Shown: positions 1-10,380, counted from the stretch's first letter. The stretch is 64,000 bases of DNA from Octopus vulgaris (GCA_951406725.2 OX597841.1:22382001-22446000); one strand, 5' to 3'. Program-made: numbers and translations. Notes: generated by a model not told the origin, from the sequence alone.

Positions 1-431
1 TATGAAATTTTGACCCCTTCCCCTTTACTCCCCAATTTCATCATTTCTGACTTTGTTCCCTAACCCTAACCCAAAAACCCTAACCCCAAAACCCTCCCTA
101 ACGCTAACCCTAAAACCATAACTCTAACCCCCAAACTCTAACACTAACCGTAACCATAACTACAAAAATTTTTGCAATTTTTTTTGAGGATCATTATCTC
201 CGTATTTTTTCGCATGTTTTGAAAAAAAAAATTCTGAAAAAAAGTTATTTAGGGGTGAGGGAGGGGTAATTTCAAAATCCCGATTTTTGCCTTTTTTTTT
301 TTGCAGATTCATGTATTCCGTTGTCGAAAACGGGGGTTTGTGTAGAATAAAAAAAGATTTTTAAAGCGGGGGGTCGGGGTATAAAAGGAAGTCCTGCCAT
401 ACCAGTTAACTACCAGGGTCCAGGTAATACT

Positions 432-720
432 TAACGGTATTTCGGCTGCCGTTACTTTCTGGGTTCAAATTCTGCTGAGGTCGACTTTGCCTTTCATCCT
501 TCCGGGGTCGATAAATTAAGTACCAGTTACGCACTGAGGTCGATGTAATCGACTTAATACCTATGTCTGTCCTTGTTTGTCCCCTCTATGTTTAGCCCCT
601 TGTGGGTAGTAAAGAAATAGGTATTTCGTCTGCCGTTACGTTCCGAGTTCAAATTCCGCCGAGGTCGACTTTGCTTTTCATCCTTTCGGGGTCGATAAAT
701 TGTGGGTAATAAAGAAATAG
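432..720 (+). mobile_element. Tandem SINE bodies (family B, Nin/Deu-like domain)
   Basis: GTTCAAATTC box B, GCCTTTCATCCTT...GGTCGATAAATTAAGTACCAG core and AAGAAATA tail; matches copies at 53924, 56627 and 60571. Confidence 0.75.
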
Positions 721-797
721 GTAATCGACATACGTACCACCCCTCCCCCGAAATTGCTAACCCCGGGCCAAAATTTAAAACAAGGATTTAATACGAG

Positions 798-966
798 ACA
801 CATGCGCACTAAACGTTCTTCCGCCTCCATTCATTACATCAGGACGAACATGTCTGGTGCCAGAATTTCTCTCAATTCACTCCCAAACACATTTATAATA
901 CATTTCTCAACCACCTGAAGCACTTCTAACAACAACACCATCCTTTATAAAGACATTTCCGTAAGT
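798..966 (+). promoter_or_regulatory. Putative promoter, non-coding exon 1 and 5' splice donor of ZNF gene 1
   Basis: CATGCGCA (NRF1-like) and CTTCCG (ETS-like), then a conserved ~110-nt C/A-rich segment ending CC|GTAAGT (GT at 961). The same module lies upstream of the other ZNF genes. Confidence 0.65.
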
Positions 967-1148
967 ATTAAACAATGAAAACATTTAATCTTTCGATACT
1001 TTGTGAATCAGATTTTGTTCCACATTTGGCTGCTATTTCTAGCTATGGCGGCAACCTCCTACACGCTCCATCGTTTCTTCTTTAAGTTTGTTTGTTGTGT
1101 GTTTTAGTTGGAGAAATGTTCTTAAAATAAACTCCAACTACAGAAATG

Positions 1149-1820
1149 GGTACTACTAGCGAACAGTGGTCCCTGTTGTCGCATCCGAGCTAGCTAGTCG
1201 TGACTAGTCGATCCTACAACGACCACCTAGCAAAGTGAATAAAACACAAAATATATAATTTTTTGGCAATCTTTCGTCTCTAGTAGACCTTTCCGTCGAT
1301 TTCCGTAAAAACCTTTTATTATTTTACATATGGGCTTGCGGGAACTTTTGAAGTAATGAGAGCGAAAGAGACTAAGAGAAAGCGATTGTATGACGAGGGA
1401 AGTTCTTTTGAAGTTACCGTGCATGGCAAGCATTGATGTACATGTGTGTGTGTGTGTGTGTTTGATGGGGTGTGGGAGACAGACAGTATGTTGTGTAAGT
1501 GAAGTGCTTCTGTTAGTGTGTGTGAAGAGACAGAGTAATGTGTGAAAGAGAGAGATGACTGAAATTTTTTACTCGGTGTATGTGTATATGTATGTATATT
1601 ACTTCAAAAGTTCCCGCAAGCCCATATGTAAAAAGAAAAAAAATTTTTTACGGAAATCGACGGAAAGGTCTACTAGAGACGAAAGATCGCCAATTTTTTT
1701 TTACACAAAGTAACTAATTTTTGTTAAACAAAGTAAATGACACAAAAACACAAAGGATCGACTAGTCATGACTAGCTGGCGCGTGTGCGCGCACCGGGAC
1801 CACTGTTCGCTAATAGTACC
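1149..1820. mobile_element. Merlin-type MITE family A
   Basis: TIR GGTACTACTAGCGAACAGTGGTCCC / GGGACCACTGTTCGCTAATAGTACC; perfect 8-bp TSD CAGAAATG (1141-1148, 1821-1828). Confidence 0.85.
1265..1691. mobile_element. Merlin-type MITE family C nested in MITE A
   Basis: ~45-bp TIR GGCAATCTTTCGTCTCTAGTAGACCTTTCCGTCGATTTCCGTAAAA; 8-bp TSD AATTTTTT; near-identical copy at 3366-3792. Confidence 0.85.
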
Positions 1821-2565
1821 CAGAAATGTTAAGAAGCCAATGCTTTATTATAATTTGTCGAGTGTTTGTTTCTTGATATAAGGTAAGGGACATAATTAGT
1901 AAGCGGGGCAAAATGAGTAATTCCTCATTTCTTCCTACACGCTCCATCGTTTCCACGTTCGTTTGTTGTGTTTTAGTTGGAGGAATATTCCCAAATAATC
2001 TCCAACCACAGAAATGTTGAGAAACCAATGTTTTATTATAATTTATCGATTGTTTGTTTCTTGATGAAGAGGAGGTGGCAAAATAGGTAAGTGGGGCAAA
2101 ATGAGTAATTTCTCCTTAGTTTCTTCTTTACCTGTTTGGAAACACTATATTGTGAGTACTGCTAATTTATATTTACGACTGGTCGTCGCAGTTGTTAAAG
2201 ATGCAGTCCGGAACAGTCAGTTGGCAGGTCTTTCTTTTATTTTCCAGAGATTTTTGCCTCATCTTTCAACCCGATTCTAATTGAGGTTTGCTAATTAAAA
2301 TATCTGAATGATGTTCAGTGTTTAACAATCAATATTCGTTTCTCTGTTGAATTGTTGGATTCCAAGTCAATTTTTTTTACCCCAGACAATTATGGAAAAT
2401 AATGTTTAAGGTGGGGCAAAATCAGTAATGTCTAATTTCCATATTTTCTTATTAACCTCAAGGTGTTAAAAAGAAGAAATTATTAAAATTCTCTGTAACA
2501 GGTTAATTAAACTTAATCACTGACATTTATCACGAAGAGATCATTAAGAAGCTATTGATAATATT

Positions 2566-2974
2566 TTACTCTCTTTTACGTGTTTCAGTCATTTGACTGC
2601 GGCCATGCTGGAGCAACGCCTTTAGTCGAGCAAATCGACCCCGGGGACTTATTCTTTTGTAAGCCCAGTACTTATTCTATCGGTCTCTTTTGCCGAACCG
2701 CTAAGTGACGGGGACGTAAACACACCAGCATCGGTTGTCAAGCAATGCTAGGGTGACAAACACAGACACACAAACACACACACGCACATACATATATATA
2801 TACATATATACGACGGGCTTCTTTCAGTTTCCGTCTACCAAATCCACTCACAAGGCATTGGTCGGCCCGGGGATATAGCAGAAGACACTTGCCCAAGATG
2901 CCATGCAGTGGGACTGAACCCGGAACCATGTGGTTGGTTAGCAAGCTACTTACCACACAGCCACTCCTGCGCCT
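2566..2974 (-). mobile_element. tRNA-derived SINE (family A)
   Basis: Minus-strand head AGGCGCAGGAGTGGCTGTGTGG...GGTTCAGTCCC (A/B-box-like), CTTGGGCAAG core and an internal microsatellite; many copies in the window. Confidence 0.8.
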
Positions 2975-3061
2975 ATGTTGATTTTTTTTTTTATTTTGTC
3001 GATCTTCATTAATTTCTCATCATTTGCAATTATTTTCTGTTCCTTTTTTCATTTGAAGTAT

Positions 3062-3317
3062 GGCATTCTTTCGATATTACTCGACAAAATCAAAACATTT
3101 TACTTCGGGTATTTCCGTGGGTTGTGGAGTATAGATTTTAAACTTGAAGAAAAAAAGCCTTGCATATTCGTTCTTTACCTGTTTCGTGTGTGTGTGTGTG
3201 TGTATGTAAAAATCCGCAAATTTCCAAGCAGAAAACAGAATCGAACTGTCATTTGCTTCCACGGAAATACCCGAAGTGAAATAGTTTGATTTTGTCGAGT
3301 TATATCGAAAGAATGCC
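3062..3317. mobile_element. Merlin-type MITE family B
   Basis: ~33-bp TIR GGCATTCTTTCGATATTACTCGACAAAATCAAA; imperfect TSD; related copy at 9017-9485. Confidence 0.75.
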
Positions 3318-3365
3318 TGAACTTATGATGTCTAAGGATAGATATTGATGAGTTTCATTCCTTTG

Positions 3366-3792
3366 GGCAATCTTTCGTCTCTAGTAGACCTTTCCGTCGA
3401 TTTCCGTAAAAATTTTTTTTTTTTTTTACATATGGGCTTGCGGGAACTTTTGAAGTAATGAGAGCGAAAGAGACTAAGAGAAAGCGATTGTATGACGAGG
3501 GAAGTTCTTTTGAAGTTACCGTCCAGGGGAAGCATTGATGTACATGTGTGTGTGTGTGTTTGATGGGGTGTGGGAGACAGACAGTATGTTGTGTAAGTGA
3601 AGTGCTTCTGTTAGTGTGTGTGTGAAGAGACAGAGAGAGTAATGTGTGAAAGAGAGAGATAACTGATTTTTTACTCGGTGTATGTGTATATGTATGTATA
3701 TTACTTCAAAAGTTCCCGCAAGCCCATATGCAAAAAAAATTAATTTTTTTACGGAAATCGACGGAAAGGTCTACTAGAGACGAAAGATCGCC
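3366..3792. mobile_element. Merlin-type MITE family C
   Basis: Same TIR as 1265-1691; perfect 8-bp TSD TTCCTTTG; paralogous empty site near 31700. Confidence 0.85.
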
Positions 3793-4049
3793 TTCCTTTG
3801 TTTTCAAATGTAATTCTGGATAAACTAAGAGACAAATTTACCTTTTCTTCTCTTACTCAGTTTGTCTCAGCCAAATTTGGGATCTTTTCCTTTTGAACGG
3901 CACATGGCAACACAATTTCTAGTTAACTAAACACTTTAAAACTTCGTATACTGGTAGAATGTATCAAAATAAAACATTTTTTTCTCTTGGCTTTCTTGAG
4001 AAAATTGTAATTCGTTTGTTTAACGTAGTTTAATTTTTCGAATTTTTAA

Positions 4050-4269
4050 CCCTTTTGATACCAACCTGGCTGAAACCACCTCTGGCTGTGAGTACAAATG
4101 TCTTGTTTCCATTAGTTTTGAAAGAAAATCTTCCACCAAATCTTAGTCACAATATATGTTCTTAACACTTGCTTTATGATAACTAAGTCATTTTACTAAA
4201 TTCTTTGTTATACTTAAAATAATTGACAGAAACACAGAGCATCTCAAAGCAAATACAGTAACAGAAGGG
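4050..4269. mobile_element. piggyBac-like MITE
   Basis: TTAA|CCC...GGG|TTAA with a short imperfect TIR; related copy in opposite orientation at 50580-50799. Confidence 0.6.
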
Positions 4270-4320
4270 TTAAGGTGGTGCTCCAGTATTGTATATATTT
4301 ATTTCTAGAGTTTATCTCTG

Positions 4321-4590
4321 TGGAAATGTTGAATCTGTATTTTTTTAAGTAGCCTCTCTATCTTACACTGTTGTTTCTTTATTATTTCAGAATATCAGAT
4401 GACATTGGCATAACTGAAGATACATTCTCATTATTTATCATCTTTTAAAGACCAAAATGGAAATATTGTACAGAACAGATATATAAGATTGTTTCTATAA
4501 ATCTGTGGTGGAATTCCTCTGATATATTTACTCTGAATTGTGTTATTAGCAAACCTTCTGGACATTACTGGCTGGAGTGTCCACAAGATG
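4321..4590 (+). promoter_or_regulatory. Conserved acceptor/5'UTR block of ZNF gene 1 with uORFs MTLA* (4399-4413) and MEILYRTDI* (4457-4486)
   Basis: Pyrimidine tract TTGTTTCTTTATTATTTCAG| (AG at 4389-4390); all three exon frames are closed; near-identical block before every ZNF ORF. Confidence 0.75.
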
Positions 4591-4761
4591 TGTCTCTTTG
4601 CAAATTAAACTTGGATAAATTTACTAACGAGTTTTGGGACAAAGGTAACACTGGACAGAAATACAGCAGTCAAAATATTTGGAAACAAAAGACTATAGAA
4701 GCAAGCAAGAAGAAAAAAAAATATATATATATATATATTTTGTGATTTTCCATGAAAAATA

Positions 4762-6504
4762 ATGGGAAAAAGTGAGAAACTAAAGAATTTGACTTTTCCA
4801 GAAGACAGAGTAAGAGGAAAACGAAAATTGTCACATGACTGTGATGTCTGTAAAAAGTCCTTCTCTCAGAGGGCCAGCTTAAAGAAGCACAAACATGTTC
4901 ATACAGGGGAGAAGCCATATCAGTGCAATATCTGTAGCAAAACATTCTCTCAGAAGGTTCACTTGACTACACACAAGCGTATTCATACAGGGGAAAAGCC
5001 ATTTCGCTGTGACATCTGTGGTAAATCTTTCTCTAACCGAAGTGATTTAAATTCTCACAAGCGTGTTCATACAGGAGAGAAGCCATATCAGTGTAACATC
5101 TGTAGTAAATCATTCTCTCAAAGTAGTGCTTTAACTCCTCACAAACGTATTCATACCGGGGAGACGCCATATTCCTGTAATATCTGTGGTAAATCATTTA
5201 CTGGCTACAGTGCTTTGACTGATCATCAACGTATTCATACAGGAGAGAAACCATATCAATGTGACATCTGTAACAAATCTTTCACTGTAAATAGTACCCT
5301 AACAAATCACAAACGTACTCACACAGGAGAGACACCATATTCTTGTGATATCTGTGGTAAATCATTCTCCCGAAATGACAACTTAGCTAAACATAAATAT
5401 GTACATACAGGAGAGAAGCCATTTCACTGTGATGTCTGTAATAAATCTTTCTCTCTAAGTAGTACCCTAACTAATCACAAACGTATTCATACAGGAGAGA
5501 CACCATATTATTGTGATATCTGTGGTAAATCATTCACTCAAAGTGGCAACTTAGCTACTCATAAACGCTTCCATACAGGAGAGAAGCCATACCACTGTGA
5601 TATCTGTGGTAAATCATTCTCCGTGAGTTCTAACTTAACTGGACACAAATATATCCATACAGGAGAGAAGCCATATCACTGTGATACCTGTGGTAAACTG
5701 TTCTCCACAAGTAGTTACTTGACTGTACACAAACGTATTCATACAGGAGAGAAGCCCTATCACTGTGATGTCTGTAGTATGTCATTCTCTAATCGAAGTG
5801 CTTTAAATTCACACATACGTGTTCATACAGGGGAGAAGCCATTTCGGTGTGATATCTGTGGTAAATCATTCTCTGGAAGTGGGAAATTGTCTAACCACAA
5901 ACGTATTCATACTGGAGAGAAGCCGTATCACTGTGATATCTGTGGTAAATCATTCTCTAACCAAAGTGCTTTCAATTCTCATAAACGTATTCATACAGGA
6001 GAAAAGCCATATCAGTGTGACATCTGTAGTAAATCATTCTCTGACCGAAGTGCTTTCAATTCTCACAAACGTACACATACAGGAGAGAAACCATATTCTT
6101 GTAATATCTGTGGTAAATCATTCCCTCGCAATTGTGCTTTGACTGATCATAAACGTATTCATACAGGAGAGAAGCCATATAAGTGTGACATCTGTAACAA
6201 ATCTTTCTCTGCCAGCAGTAACCTAACTACTCATAAACGTATTCATACAGGAGAGACACCATATCACTGTTATATCTGTGGTCTATCATTTTCTCAGAGT
6301 AGCGCTTTAACTAGTCACAAGCGTATTCATACAGGAGAAAAGCCATATCCCTGTGATATCTGTGGTCTATCATTTTCTGTAAGTAGTGCTTTAATTAGTC
6401 ACAAGCGTATTCATACAGGAGAGAAGCCATATCCCTGTGATGTCTGTGGTAAATCGTTCTCTCAAAGTAGTGCCTTAACTTCTCACAAGCGTATTCATAC
6501 GTGA
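4762..6504 (+). CDS. C2H2 zinc-finger protein (gene 1), 20 tandem fingers, short N-terminal leader
   Basis: 580-aa ORF of 28-aa CxxC-x12-HxxxH-TGEKP repeats; leader MGKSEK...FPED...LSHDC is shared with genes 4-6. Confidence 0.95.
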   Translation: MGKSEKLKNLTFPEDRVRGKRKLSHDCDVCKKSFSQRASLKKHKHVHTGEKPYQCNICSKTFSQKVHLTTHKRIHTGEKPFRCDICGKSFSNRSDLNSHKRVHTGEKPYQCNICSKSFSQSSALTPHKRIHTGETPYSCNICGKSFTGYSALTDHQRIHTGEKPYQCDICNKSFTVNSTLTNHKRTHTGETPYSCDICGKSFSRNDNLAKHKYVHTGEKPFHCDVCNKSFSLSSTLTNHKRIHTGETPYYCDICGKSFTQSGNLATHKRFHTGEKPYHCDICGKSFSVSSNLTGHKYIHTGEKPYHCDTCGKLFSTSSYLTVHKRIHTGEKPYHCDVCSMSFSNRSALNSHIRVHTGEKPFRCDICGKSFSGSGKLSNHKRIHTGEKPYHCDICGKSFSNQSAFNSHKRIHTGEKPYQCDICSKSFSDRSAFNSHKRTHTGEKPYSCNICGKSFPRNCALTDHKRIHTGEKPYKCDICNKSFSASSNLTTHKRIHTGETPYHCYICGLSFSQSSALTSHKRIHTGEKPYPCDICGLSFSVSSALISHKRIHTGEKPYPCDVCGKSFSQSSALTSHKRIHT

Positions 6505-7973
6505 GAAAAGCCTTTTCTCTGTAAATGGTGACTAGACCCTTTATATTGAAGGTTATTCTTTCGAATGTGATGTTTGTTTATTCACGTTATTTTCTCCAAC
6601 TCTATAGTTTATGTCACCACATCTCAGGTAACTTACCTGTGGGATATTCTTTTTCAATAAAAGCAATTTCCTCCAGATTTTGAATTTGTTTTGCATGAAT
6701 TTTGTTATGAAACTATTAAAACCAGTAGAGCATGGTTGTGTGGTAAGAAGCTTGCTTCCAGGCTTATTACGTGGACATGTTTTTGTGCTCCATACTATTA
6801 GCGTTGGATTTGTGTTGTTATTGCATATATATATGTTGTGAATCTTGCATGAAGTGGATTCGATCCACCATAGCCAAATTTAAATCAACACTGCTACAGA
6901 ACTTTTCCCATGGTGGAACAATGATTTTTCTCCGACAGCAGTTTTTACATTTTCCAGATGACTTTAGCTAGGCCGAAATAATGTCTTCACCACTTGACCC
7001 TTTCTAACCACTTCTACTTCATAATCTAGAATAGATAACAAGACTACCAACTAAATCTATTGTTCTAAATGATATATCTATCCTTTTGGATAGTTATAAA
7101 AGCAAGAACATCCCAAGCAAAAATCAGTTAGTCACTCCGGTGACAGCTCAGTGAGAATGAAGTCTGGCTGACCAGCTAGAACATTGGCCAGAGGGAGGAT
7201 TGAAGTTTACTGCCAGCAACTATGACACAACGTTCCATACCCTACAACTCTCACTATTCTGTTCTCTTACAACATCATTCTATCTCTCTCTGTAATTACT
7301 ACTAAACAATGAAGAGAACCCAAACTCAAACATTCTACCGCATCTAATTTTCGCATGCCTTTGGATATTCAAAACCTGCCCATTGAGGCTAGGTATTTGT
7401 AACGTAACGACAAATAAACATTTCCTAAAAACTTCATGCATTGTCTATCTTTCACATCTTACGGTATGCAATCACAATAGCAATAACTTTTTATCATCAT
7501 AACTGCGAAAGAGACACAAATAAGAAAGAAGAAAACAAAGGACCACTGATGAGGTCACAGGAGTGTGACGAAAGAACTCTGGCCGAAATAAGATTAAGGT
7601 TAATGTAAAAAATAAATAACACCAAATATATAGTGCATGTGTTTTTATTGGCTAAACTGGCAAAATGACCGTTCCGAAATATAACAATATTAATAATATT
7701 TACCAATCAATAAAAAGCCGTTACATGTATCGATAACTGGTGTCTGTGCTAGCGGGGTGCAAAGAGCAACATACGAGTGTGATCATTGACAGAGCGGCTA
7801 ACCGGCTCCTGTGCCAGTGGCACTTAAAAGACACCATTCGAGCGTGATCGTTACCAGCATTGCCTTACTGGCACTCGAGCCCCGAAAATTTCATTAAAAA
7901 TGATCCTTTTTTCTGGCAGTTACGAAGTAACAAATCTGAGGTGGGGCTCATTTGTGTAGGAATGCCCTAGTTC

Positions 7974-8529
7974 AGATCTTTCCGGTTTGAACGGCAGTTT
8001 TTAACATAATTTCGAGGTAACTAAAAGATTTTTGGCGTTAGGAAGGGCATCCAGCTGTAGAAACACTGCCAGATCAGACTGGAGCCTGGTGCAGCCTTCT
8101 GGCTTGCCAGATCCCCGGTCGAACCGTCCAACGCATGCTAGCATGGAGAACGGACGTTAAACGATGATGATGATGTATACTGGTAGAATGTGTTTATAAA
8201 ACATCTTTTTCTCTTGGCTTTATTGAGAAAATTATATAGTTTGTAAGATATTTGTTGTTGTTTTCTTCAATTTCTGCAATTTCAACCAATCAATGACGTC
8301 TATTGAGATAAAAAAAACATTCTGTGCCGTATGAATATGTCCCTCGTTTAAGAAACAGATTGGGTTTATTTACATTTGTAAAGAAAAAAAGATACCCTTT
8401 CCCCAACCCCTAACTAACCCTAACCCTAAAACAGATTGAAATGCAATAGATCGATTCTAGGGTCATAATTATGGGTGACAATTTCATATGACACCGCTAG
8501 AAAAACTGCCGTTCAAACCGAAAAGATCC
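7974..8529. mobile_element. Merlin-type MITE family D with nested SINE tail (8033-8175)
   Basis: TIR (G/A)GATCTTT..GGTTTGAACGGCAG / CTGCCGTTCAAACCGAAAAGATCC; TSD CCTAGTTC/CCTAATTC. Confidence 0.75.
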
Positions 8530-8675
8530 CCTAATTCCGTTAGGGTCTACTTCGCCTTTCGCTATTTTGGGGTTCCATAAAATAAATACCAGTCGACTAC
8601 TAGGGTCCAAGTAATCCACTTATGTACCACCCCTTCCCCGCAACTGCTGACCTTGTGCCGAATTTTGAAATTATA

Positions 8676-8832
8676 CGCATGCGCATTAAACACACTTCCG
8701 CTTTCATTGATTAGATCAGGAGAAGCCAGAATTTCTCTCAATTCACTCCCAAACACATTTGTAATACATTTCTCTCCCACCTGATGCACTCATAACAACA
8801 ACACCATCCTTTATAAAGACATTTGCGTAAGT
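8676..8832 (+). promoter_or_regulatory. Putative promoter/exon 1/donor of ZNF gene 2
   Basis: CGCATGCGCA at 8676, CTTCCG, conserved exon-1 segment, GTAAGT at 8827. Confidence 0.65.
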
Positions 8833-9016
8833 ATTAAACAACGAAAACATTTAACCTTTCGATACTTTGTGAATCAGATTTTGTTCCACATTTGGCTGCT
8901 ATTTCTAGCTATGGCGGGAACCTCCTACACGCTCCATCGTTTCTTCTTTAAGTTTGTTTGTTGTGTGTTTTAGTTGGAGAAATGTTCTTAAAATACATTC
9001 CAACCACAGAAATGTT

Positions 9017-9485
9017 GGCATTCCTTCGATTTAACTCGACAAAATCAAAACACTTCGCTTCGGGTATTTCCGTGAGTTGTCAAGTATGGATTTTAAACTC
9101 GAAGAAAAAAAAAGGGGCGATCCTTCGGTATAAGTACACACGTGGCTTTGTTTACATTTCTGAAGATAACAGAAGCCCTTTTCTCCGACCCTTAACCCTA
9201 AACCGCATATATATATAAAAAAAAAAAACCCACTTTCTTGAAATGTATCCGGTACCTATACCGAAGTTACGCCAAAAAGGTGTACACCTATACCGAAGTT
9301 ACGCCAAAAAGGTGTATACCGATACCGAAGTTACGCCAAAAAGAAGCCTTGCAGATTCGTTCTTACCCGTTTCGTGTGTGTATGTAAAAATCTGCAAATT
9401 TCCGAGCAGAAAACAGAATTGAACTGTCATTTGCTTCCACGGAAATACCCGAAGTGAAATGGTTTGATTTTTGTCGAGTTATGCC
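9017..9485. mobile_element. Merlin-type MITE family B with a nested GGCGATCC/GGCGTAAC-ended element (~9116-9337)
   Basis: GGCAT...ATGCC termini; perfect 8-bp TSD GAAATGTT (9009-9016, 9486-9493); the nested element ends in ~30-bp tandem TIR repeats. Confidence 0.8.
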
Positions 9486-9627
9486 GAAATGTTGAGAAAC
9501 CAATGCTTTATTATAATCTATTGAATGTTCGTTTCTGCATATAGAGGAGACAAGATTAGTAAGCGGGGCAAAATGAGTAATGTCCCATTTCTCCCTGCGT
9601 ATTTGGAATTATTATTTTATAGGTATC

Positions 9628-10380
9628 GCTACTAACGAACAGTGGTCCCGGTGCGCGCACTCGCGCTAGCTAATCGTAAGTAGTCGATCCTATAACGACT
9701 TGCGCGTGTTTGTATTTCAAGGCTGATTACATACTCTTTAACTTCTTTCAGTCATTTGACTGCGGCCATGCTGGAGCTCCGTCTTTAATCAGGCAACTCG
9801 ACCCCGGGACTTATTCTTTTGTAAGCCCAGTACTTATTCTATCGGTCTCTTTTGCCGAACCGCTAAGTGACGGGGACGTAAACACACCAGCATCGGTTGT
9901 CAAACAATGCTAGGGGGACAAACAGACACACAAACATATACACACACATACATATATATATATATACATATATACGACAGGCTTCTTTCAGTTTCCGTCT
10001 ACCAAATCCACTCACAAGACATTGGTCGGCCCGGGGCTACAGCAGAAGACACTTGCCCAAGATGCCACGCAGTGGGACTGAACCTGGAACCATGTGGTTG
10101 GTAAGCAAGCTACTTACCACACAGCCACTCCTATCAAAGAAAATTAAATAATAGTTTTTGAACAAAGTAAATAAATTTTTAAACTAAGCAACTAAATTGG
10201 CGTAACTTCGGTATAAGTACCGCATAAATTTCGAGAAAGTGTTTTTTTTCATATATGGGTTGTTAGGGTTAGGGTTAAAAAATTAGGTTTAGGGTTAGGG
10301 TTAAAATGTCGTAGGGTCGACTATTTACGGTCTAGCTAGCACGAGTGCGCACACCAGGACCATTGTTCGCTAGTAGTACC
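9628..10380. mobile_element. MITE family A with nested SINE A (~9732-10131)
   Basis: Family-A TIR at both ends, left end clipped; a full SINE A lies inside. Confidence 0.7.

Larger units (their letters stand above)
6592..9016 (+). repeat. Segmental duplication unit (copy 1); copy 2 at ~15034-17494
   Basis: Near-identical intergenic sequence including the same nested MITE/SINE insertions and the next gene's promoter. Confidence 0.9.

Noticed and set aside
55-165. Telomere-like CCCTAA repeats
   Set aside because: Degenerate and short; similar motifs occur inside MITEs elsewhere (8405, 10262, 18153, 44888), so this is not a chromosome end.
1227-3535. Short ORFs in MITEs, SINEs and microsatellites throughout the window
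   Set aside because: They lie in non-coding repeats, have YI/CV low-complexity content and show no recognisable domains.
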